Below, piece by piece: positions 8,423-15,448 of a DNA stretch of 30,014 bases (its first letter is position 1; each line of letters opens with the position of its first letter). The stretch covers positions 1 to 30,014 of the IMG/VR virus record IMGVR_UViG_3300043394_000287; one strand, written 5' to 3'. This DNA is from a virus. Its lineage: Duplodnaviria > Caudoviricetes. The notes below the pieces were generated by a model. The model was not told the DNA's origin, did no database searches, and was given only the letters and a program-made list of their open reading frames with translations. The position numbers were made by a program, and so were the translations under genes.

Positions 8423-8647
8423 ATGACTAAAAAATTGTCAGTGTTGCTTTTAAAGTCAAATAAGACCGTTGCTGAAATCGCAAAAGAGTCTGATATCACC
8501 GTTGGCCGTCTCTATCAAATCATGAAAGATGATGCTAGTGCACCTCTCAAACTTGCTTTAAAACTTGAGGCAACAACAAAAATCTCTCATCAATTCTTCT
8601 TGTACTCAGCACCAACTTGCTATCAATTCGTAGGTGATCTTCTATGA
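8423..8647 (+). CDS. Cro/XRE-like HTH regulator
   Basis: TVAEIAKESDITVGRLYQIM...PLKLALKLE pattern; first gene after the divergent promoter. Confidence 0.75.
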   Translation: MTKKLSVLLLKSNKTVAEIAKESDITVGRLYQIMKDDASAPLKLALKLEATTKISHQFFLYSAPTCYQFVGDLL

Positions 8648-10125
8648 CATACTTTCAAAATCCCGAAGACGGTTACAAAGAAGTAACCTTTGAATATATC
8701 ATGTCTCAATCATGGGAAAGCATGAATGATGATCGCCAAATCCTTTTGATGAGCAGAATCAGATTTGTTTTAACTCAGCTTCTTTGGCCTTCATCTATCA
8801 CATACACATACAAAGATGGATCAACAGCTGTATCTCTTGAACAGAGAAGCGAGGCCGTTAAAATCATGATCTTCAAGATGATCCCTGATCCTCGTGTTTT
8901 TATTGATGATACATGCATCAGGCTTTTTGAAATTTGCGTTGAGCTCAGACAAGAGCAAAAGCCAATCAATTTTGAAAATGTCGCTGATCTCTATCATAGA
9001 ACAGCCGAAGATAAAAAGAAGGCATTAAAAAAGATGATGCCAGCTTATCACATCATGTCATGGATCATGGAAAATCTTGATCCTTGTCATGTCTATTATG
9101 GAGGACCTGCGATGATCCATGTAGTTGAAGATCATATCAATCGCATATATGATGACTTCACCAGCTTAAGACTATCTCAAATCTATAGATACAAAGAAAT
9201 CGCACTCGCTCATGGATATTCTCTTAAAGAGATTGATGATCTTTTCCTTGAGTCTGAAAACAAAATCAAGGATATGAAACCAAAGCCAAATGTTGGGTTG
9301 TCTCAACAATTAAATGAGTTATGGGATTCAATGGTCAACTTCAAGCAAGGTTTGACAAGTGGTCTTGATAATTTAGATCAGATCACTAAAGGATGGAAAG
9401 ACGGCTGTTTATATGTGGTCGCTGGTCGTCCTGCTATGGGAAAGACGGCTGTGTCTTTGACTTTTGCTTTAAATGCGATGCGAGTTCAATCAAAGAAAGT
9501 TATGTTTTTCTCTTTGGAGATGCCAAGCACTCAACTTCTCAAGCGTCTAGCCAGCAATTGGAGTGGCATCGCTCATTCTATTTTTGATCAGCCTTATGAT
9601 ACTCTTAGCGATGGATTTAAAACCAGGATGGCAGAGTCTTTCTCTCAGATAAATGGGATGCCTCTTGAGATCATAGATAGAGCAGCATTATCCATTGAAG
9701 AGATGCGATCAATATGTGATGTAAAAAAGAGAAGTGAAGATATAGGCTTGATCATAGTTGATTATCTTCAACTGATGACAGCTCCAGCTATGATCAGAGA
9801 GCAAGAGATATCTCAGATCAGTCGAGGCTTAAAAGCTTTAGCTAAAGAAATAGGATGTCCAGTTATTGCACTTGCTCAGATCAATCGAGGAGTTGAGCAA
9901 AGAGCAAATAAGCGACCACTATTGAGCGACCTTAGAGAATCAGGAGCAATCGAGCAAGACGCTGATGTTGTGATGATGCTATATCGTGAGCATGCCTATG
10001 ATGATCTAGCATCAGAAACAGATATGGAAATCATCGTCACAAAAAACCGACATGGAGAATGTAAGACGGCACATGTTGAATTTTTAGGATCATGCCAAAG
10101 AATTGCAGATAGACAAAGTTTTTAA
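8644..10125 (+). CDS. dnaB: Replicative DnaB-family helicase with divergent N-terminus
   Basis: AGRPAMGKT, FSLEM, IVDYLQLM, LSDLRESGAIEQDADVV and KNRHG. Confidence 0.95.
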   Translation: MTYFQNPEDGYKEVTFEYIMSQSWESMNDDRQILLMSRIRFVLTQLLWPSSITYTYKDGSTAVSLEQRSEAVKIMIFKMIPDPRVFIDDTCIRLFEICVELRQEQKPINFENVADLYHRTAEDKKKALKKMMPAYHIMSWIMENLDPCHVYYGGPAMIHVVEDHINRIYDDFTSLRLSQIYRYKEIALAHGYSLKEIDDLFLESENKIKDMKPKPNVGLSQQLNELWDSMVNFKQGLTSGLDNLDQITKGWKDGCLYVVAGRPAMGKTAVSLTFALNAMRVQSKKVMFFSLEMPSTQLLKRLASNWSGIAHSIFDQPYDTLSDGFKTRMAESFSQINGMPLEIIDRAALSIEEMRSICDVKKRSEDIGLIIVDYLQLMTAPAMIREQEISQISRGLKALAKEIGCPVIALAQINRGVEQRANKRPLLSDLRESGAIEQDADVVMMLYREHAYDDLASETDMEIIVTKNRHGECKTAHVEFLGSCQRIADRQSF

Positions 10126-10156
10126 GTATTGTTTAAAATTTTATTATTTATTTTAT

Positions 10157-10193
10157 AATTTTATTTGACTTGATTATAATTTTATTATAAACT
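10157..10193 (+). promoter_or_regulatory. Sigma70-like promoter
   Basis: TTGACT (10165-10170), 17-nt spacer, TAAACT (10188-10193). Shares a 35-nt motif with 8352-8386. Confidence 0.7.
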
Positions 10194-10247
10194 AAGCATA
10201 TCAAGACAAGCAAGTCAATCATCTTACTACTTACAAAGGAGTATAAA

Positions 10248-10442
10248 ATGCACCAATCACCTAAATGTGGATCATTCCCAACAGTTGATAAAAGACACCT
10301 TCAAGAAGGCATCAGCCAAGAATATCAAGCAGAGATCAAAGCAGAAAGCACTCGTAACTTGATCAACAACATTGGCGTCTTGCTACTCATCTTGATCTTT
10401 CAATCACTGTTTGCTTACCTCGTACTTTTTGGAGACAACTAA
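10248..10442 (+). CDS. Small protein with C-terminal transmembrane helix
   Basis: AAGGAG SD; hydrophobic IGVLLLILIFQSLFAYLVLF. Confidence 0.7.
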   Translation: MHQSPKCGSFPTVDKRHLQEGISQEYQAEIKAESTRNLINNIGVLLLILIFQSLFAYLVLFGDN

Positions 10443-10679
10443 ATGGACAAGCTCAGACAACTAAACATCATCCAACTTGATGCAGTTGGTCCACTCATGC
10501 ACAGACTCAACGATCTTACAACAGATTGGACGATTGATTGTGATGATGTGGAAATCATCGCTGATCGTCTCAAGGTGATCATCCCAATTGCAACTCTTAA
10601 CCTCTCAACAGACTCAACACCATCAGAAATCTTTGCTGCTATCTATGATCGATTTGTAGCAATTTTGAAAAACAATTAA
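10443..10679 (+). CDS. Hypothetical protein
   Basis: GGAG SD; abuts the upstream stop. Confidence 0.7.
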   Translation: MDKLRQLNIIQLDAVGPLMHRLNDLTTDWTIDCDDVEIIADRLKVIIPIATLNLSTDSTPSEIFAAIYDRFVAILKNN

Positions 10680-10690
10680 GGAAAAACTAA

Positions 10691-11569
10691 ATGGCAAATC
10701 AAAGACTTACCGACTCTCTCTCAGATTTAAATGCAATCGCTGATAGCATGGAACAAATCGTCAAGCTTGCTGGCTTTCTCACTGCTGGCACAAATTGGAA
10801 TGCTCAGCAACTCGTAACAGCCTATCTTTCTTATGGGATGATGCATGGCTGGAACATTGCTCAAACAATGGAAAAGATGAATGTCATTAAAGGCAAGATC
10901 ACTTATCAAGCTTCTGCTATGTTTGGCATTGTCATTGCTTCTCCCAAGTGTAAATCATGGAAGGTCTTGCTAAACACTGATGAAGAATGCTCTATTGAAT
11001 TTACAAGAGGCGATAACAATCAAAAGTATGTAGTCACCTTCACAATTGCGATGGCACAAAGACAAGGCTTGACTAGCAATCGTCAATGGCAAAACATGCC
11101 AAAGCAGATGCTTATGGCTAGATGCAAATCAATGGCTGTCAGAGATGTGTTTGGCGATGTGATCAGTGGCTATGATGCGATTGAGATGGCTGATAGCATG
11201 GATATGCCTGAAGATGAAAGGCTTGAGATTTTGAGTCAAGAGCTTGATACTCCAATCTATGCTGAAAGACAACCCGTTCCAAGAGCAAAGCAAGGCGTCA
11301 AGGCTGGAGCAGATACAAAAGCAAAGCCTTTACAAGTGCAACCTGTACAAGTGCAACCTGTGCAACCACCTCAGCAAGTGCAGCAATCAGCACCGCCAAA
11401 GATTCAAGCACCACCAACTGATCAAGCTTCACTATTTCCAAGCGAGCAAAAGAAAGCCGTTGAGTATCAAGCTTATCGAGATCAAGACATGAATGTCCAT
11501 AAATGGAAAGATGCAGATATGGATGAAGATGATACTAGAGATTGGAAAGACTCATGGGGGATTAAATAA
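10691..11569 (+). CDS. RecT/Redbeta-like ssDNA annealing protein
   Basis: MNVIKGK...FTIAMAQRQGL...WQNMPKQMLMARC...RDVFGDVISG pattern; Q/P-rich linker and acidic tail. Confidence 0.75.
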   Translation: MANQRLTDSLSDLNAIADSMEQIVKLAGFLTAGTNWNAQQLVTAYLSYGMMHGWNIAQTMEKMNVIKGKITYQASAMFGIVIASPKCKSWKVLLNTDEECSIEFTRGDNNQKYVVTFTIAMAQRQGLTSNRQWQNMPKQMLMARCKSMAVRDVFGDVISGYDAIEMADSMDMPEDERLEILSQELDTPIYAERQPVPRAKQGVKAGADTKAKPLQVQPVQVQPVQPPQQVQQSAPPKIQAPPTDQASLFPSEQKKAVEYQAYRDQDMNVHKWKDADMDEDDTRDWKDSWGIK

Positions 11570-13502
11570 GACAGACACCACCAGCACAAGCAGGCTCAAC
11601 ACTAGGATTTTCTTTATAGCCACCTACATTTAAATCAACCTTAGACCAATCGACCAATAGCAATTTATTATATTTCTCAAGCATTTGCTCATTGCTATCA
11701 TCAACGGTTTGATAAGGTGCATTCTCATAAACATGATCACCATAATCAGATAAAAGAGAGATACCTTTAACACTATCTCTAAGACGCCAAATCTTATTTA
11801 TAAGATCATCCCATTCATCATCTTTGACGGTGCATGTATTGCTTACATTATGACTTAATCCATATTGATCTTTTTCTCTGAGTTGAGTTGTTGGCTTCAC
11901 CCAATGTCTTTGAATGAATGCAACTTTGTCTAAGAAGTCAGAGGCTGATAAATCTTTTCTGAGCAATGCACCTTCAGGAGCTTCACAAGCAAAAGAAACG
12001 ATGCCAACTTGTGCATCTCGATCATCACATACTTCAGGGAGCTTATTTAGTATCTCTTGCCAAATAGGATTGATCTTATTTATTCTCATCGTTCTGATGT
12101 ACTTTTTAGCATGATATGGATGAATACCAGCTGAACAGCCTGCAACGGTTGAGCTGTTGCCTGATGGTTTAACGGTTGTACATCTTAGAGCTGGATTGAT
12201 ATTGATCAACTTTGCGATCTCAACATTTTTATCATGTACAGCTTTAGAGCATTGCTTTAAAGTCATTTCATCAAAGATCATGTTTGGATTGCTCATGATG
12301 CCTGTCATAGAGACACCTAAGAGAGCATCTCTCTCAATGATCTTTTTAGTTGTCTCTCCAAGGTAGCCTGTTTGAGTATAACTTGCTTGAAGTGTACCTA
12401 AGAAAGCGGCTGCTTTACATGCTTGCAAAAGATGATCAGCATCTCTCACTTTGGCAACAACAATTTCATTTAGATTGCATACAGCCCAACCACTTGAGAC
12501 ATTGCCTTGATCGTCTTTGAATGTTGGATAAAGGCCAATCTCTCCACATGGATTTGTTGAGAATTCTCTATCGTAGCAAAAGAAAAAGCCGGGTTCACCA
12601 TATTGACGAGCATTGGCGATGATGTCAGTAAATACTGATTTATTCTCAAAGCCATCTAGCAAGATTTGAGCTGATATATTTGCATAAGCTCTTTGAGGGT
12701 TATCTTGCCACCAATTGCCAGTTTTAGCAGTCATCATCTCTTCATCATCAGGAGAAAAGAGAGCAATCGTAGCCGCTCTTCTTGAGCTCAAAAGTGCTGC
12801 GTGGCTTATGTGCATAAACATATCAAAGCATTGAATTGGCTTGAGTCTTGATTGATCTTGATTGACGGCTTGATCAAGAATAGATCTAACCTTTTCGATA
12901 GCCACCTCTAAAACTTTGGGACCAGGTGCAACCCCACCAATAGAGATAGATGCACCTTCAGGTCTTACTTGATCATAATGAAAGTTAATGCAATGTTTTG
13001 CTTCATCTTCGTTTGATGGAAGATAACTTTTAGTGAGTACATGAATTGCTTCCGCCCAACCTTCGATTGAGTCCTCAATGACATGCACCAAGTTTAAGCG
13101 ATTGTCCCTCTGATCTTTTGAAATCAAGTTTGGCAACTTGTCAACATGATGCTTTTGTACTGAAAAGCCAACACCGCAACCACTCATCAAAAGCCAAAAG
13201 CCTTCAGCAAAAAAGCGAACACGATCAACATACGAGGCGGTGCAATTATACATTCTCATGTTGTTTCTTTTAATAGCAATACCACCGAATTGAGTTGATC
13301 TTTGCGATGGGAATACAACGCCGGGAAATACAAAGCCTTGAAAGATTGCCTCAATTTGTGTCCATAGATTTGGGAATTTCTCTTGATGCATTTGCTTGAC
13401 TCTTGTCATTGCATCTATATAAGTTTCTCTCTTGCCATCTCTTTTGATATGTGAATATTGAGTAGCAAAAGCAACTTTTCCTAAGATTTCATTTTGTGCC
13501 AT
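11562..13502 (-). CDS. nrdJ: Class II (B12-dependent, monomeric RTPR-type) ribonucleotide reductase
   Basis: YNC, GCGVGFSV, TNPCGEI, CNL, TTVKPSG and C-terminal CAGGVC; GGAG SD before 13502. Confidence 0.92.
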   Translation of the reverse strand: MAQNEILGKVAFATQYSHIKRDGKRETYIDAMTRVKQMHQEKFPNLWTQIEAIFQGFVFPGVVFPSQRSTQFGGIAIKRNNMRMYNCTASYVDRVRFFAEGFWLLMSGCGVGFSVQKHHVDKLPNLISKDQRDNRLNLVHVIEDSIEGWAEAIHVLTKSYLPSNEDEAKHCINFHYDQVRPEGASISIGGVAPGPKVLEVAIEKVRSILDQAVNQDQSRLKPIQCFDMFMHISHAALLSSRRAATIALFSPDDEEMMTAKTGNWWQDNPQRAYANISAQILLDGFENKSVFTDIIANARQYGEPGFFFCYDREFSTNPCGEIGLYPTFKDDQGNVSSGWAVCNLNEIVVAKVRDADHLLQACKAAAFLGTLQASYTQTGYLGETTKKIIERDALLGVSMTGIMSNPNMIFDEMTLKQCSKAVHDKNVEIAKLININPALRCTTVKPSGNSSTVAGCSAGIHPYHAKKYIRTMRINKINPIWQEILNKLPEVCDDRDAQVGIVSFACEAPEGALLRKDLSASDFLDKVAFIQRHWVKPTTQLREKDQYGLSHNVSNTCTVKDDEWDDLINKIWRLRDSVKGISLLSDYGDHVYENAPYQTVDDSNEQMLEKYNKLLLVDWSKVDLNVGGYKENPSVEPACAGGVCLI

Positions 13503-13544
13503 GATCGTCTCCATGTGAAAGGGATGATCATTAAAACACAATTC

Positions 13545-13787
13545 TTATTTATTTTTCAAAAAATCAACATTGGTTTCTATTCTTTCAAGAATAACGGTGT
13601 GTTGATTTAAAGTCTTGTTGATCATATCCAACTCAGCATCTGTCTTTTCCTGCTTGACTAGCAAAGACATGGTTTGATGCTCAAGCAAGGCGATCCTTTT
13701 ATCGTATGATGAGAAAGCTCTTAAAGCTGGCAATAGAGCAGTGATGACAGCCGTCAATGCACTGATTGAGATCATATCTGAGTTCAT
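13545..13787 (-). CDS. Putative holin-like membrane/coiled-coil protein
   Basis: N-terminal hydrophobic helix plus coiled coil, directly downstream of the endolysin. Confidence 0.5.
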   Translation of the reverse strand: MNSDMISISALTAVITALLPALRAFSSYDKRIALLEHQTMSLLVKQEKTDAELDMINKTLNQHTVILERIETNVDFLKNK

Positions 13788-13791
13788 GTTG

Positions 13792-14169
13792 TCACCCTTG
13801 CCATCTTGCTCTTGTGCCTCTGATATCATAATGCACGAAGTTAGAATTTAGATATTTACCAAGACCGCCCTCTTTGATCTTGCCTTGAGCAATGAGTTTC
13901 TCAATGCGATTATAGATCTCTTCAGTTGGTACACCAGCGATCTTAATATCTGCCGCCTTTGCATGCAAATGTTGAGATTTATCAGCACCTCCAACTTGAG
14001 CATTTCTAGCAGGTGAACGATAACCACTTATGATGACAATAGGCTTCTGAAAGTGATCTCTGATGATTTGCAAATTCTTTAAAAGCTCAACGGCGTTGGC
14101 TACTAGTTCAGGAGGGATTGAGTCGCTAAACTCAAGCTCTGACAATTTAAAATTTTTTGTTACTTGCAT
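13792..14169 (-). CDS. Peptidase M15A endolysin
   Basis: NFKLSEL, ISGYRS..RN..VGGA..SQH...AADI and VHYD zinc motifs. Confidence 0.9.
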   Translation of the reverse strand: MQVTKNFKLSELEFSDSIPPELVANAVELLKNLQIIRDHFQKPIVIISGYRSPARNAQVGGADKSQHLHAKAADIKIAGVPTEEIYNRIEKLIAQGKIKEGGLGKYLNSNFVHYDIRGTRARWQG

Positions 14170-14172
14170 TTT

Positions 14173-14694
14173 TTATCTCCAAGATTTGATAAGGATATGG
14201 CATCTGAAATTTGTGTTGCCGGCATCTTGCGATACATTCAAAGATCCACCAGCTCCGCCCCCTATCTTAATCACTCGTATCTTAAAGACTGTTGATGATG
14301 ATGATGAATCAGCATAAAATATGCATTTTTCTTGAGCATAGGCATAAGCTGAATCACGATAGATTGCTATTGATCCAGTTGATGAGATTTGAGAGTTTGA
14401 TGTATCTGTTGCAATGTATTGAATATTTTCACCAGCTGATGGAGAGGTATCGGTGACTTTCATTTTAAGTTCAACTAAATATTTCCAGCCAGCTTCAAGC
14501 GTGATCGTGGACGGTGATGATGCCGTTGTGATTGTTGGATATCCAATAGAGGATGCAATTTGAACGGTGGTAGGCACTGCGCTAGGAATAAAGATATTGA
14601 CATCTTCATAGGAGCTAGTGATCGTTTGAATCCCTTGAGTATGAATAGCAGAAATAGCCATATTTATTTTTTTTTCAGTTGAAAAATAGCTCAT
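14173..14694 (-). CDS. Beta-rich virion/fibre-associated protein (paralog 3)
   Basis: ATGA overlap with the upstream gene; TITLEAGWKYLVE motif. Confidence 0.65.
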   Translation of the reverse strand: MSYFSTEKKINMAISAIHTQGIQTITSSYEDVNIFIPSAVPTTVQIASSIGYPTITTASSPSTITLEAGWKYLVELKMKVTDTSPSAGENIQYIATDTSNSQISSTGSIAIYRDSAYAYAQEKCIFYADSSSSSTVFKIRVIKIGGGAGGSLNVSQDAGNTNFRCHILIKSWR

Positions 14695-15074
14695 TGAATC
14701 CTCCAATATGCACTGATAAAAGACGAGGATGCAACTGAAAAAGACCCTGATCCAGTTGTTGAGGATTGAGCTGAAATTGTAGTGCCTGGAGTATTTGAGG
14801 CAACCCAAAGATCATCCGTCATGGTTAAAGTTCCCGTTACTGAGTTTCCTCTGATAGTTGCACCCGCCCATTGAAAGCCCGCCCAATTATAATATAAAAT
14901 TAAACCACTTCCACCCGTTACCGTTGCCATCAGTCTTGACTCAATAAAATATTTGTTTCTTGATGCAAAACTTGTGCTTGTGCTGACTGTGATGTCATCG
15001 CTAAGAGTAACACCCCCATTTATGTCAATTTGCACCGCCCTTGCACCTTGTGCTTGTGATGGGTCATAGCTCAT
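14691..15074 (-). CDS. Beta-rich virion/fibre-associated protein (paralog 2)
   Basis: ATGA overlap; S/T/G-rich; ends AYWRIQ. Confidence 0.6.
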   Translation of the reverse strand: MSYDPSQAQGARAVQIDINGGVTLSDDITVSTSTSFASRNKYFIESRLMATVTGGSGLILYYNWAGFQWAGATIRGNSVTGTLTMTDDLWVASNTPGTTISAQSSTTGSGSFSVASSSFISAYWRIQ

Positions 15075-15448
15075 AAAGGAAACCTCCACAATTGAAGTCT
15101 TGAATTACTAGTAACGGCTTGATCTGCATAGAGAGAAAAAGCGACTGATGCATCAGCTTGAATTGATGATGTATTCTCATCAAGTCCTGATGTGGTTGAT
15201 GTGGCTGTGACTGTGTATGATGTTTGATCAACTCCATCTATGATATGTTTATAGGTGGTTATCGTGCTTATTGTTGGAGTACTAACTACAAAATATTCAA
15301 AGCCTGCTTCTAGTGTGATTACATCGCTTGCTATGGATGGAGTAAAATCACCATTAACAAATGAAAATGCAACATTGCCCGCTGATGCAGATGAAAAAGA
15401 ACAGATCGCAAGTTGTGGATTTACATTTCTAGCGATATTATAACTCAT
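15071..15448 (-). CDS. Beta-rich virion/fibre-associated protein (paralog 1)
   Basis: ATGA overlap with the fibre gene; VITLEAGFEYFVV motif. Confidence 0.65.
   Translation of the reverse strand: MSYNIARNVNPQLAICSFSSASAGNVAFSFVNGDFTPSIASDVITLEAGFEYFVVSTPTISTITTYKHIIDGVDQTSYTVTATSTTSGLDENTSSIQADASVAFSLYADQAVTSNSRLQLWRFPL

Noticed and set aside
11330-11420. CAAGTGCAACCTGTA short repeats in the annealase gene
   Set aside because: They encode an ordinary low-complexity VQP linker.
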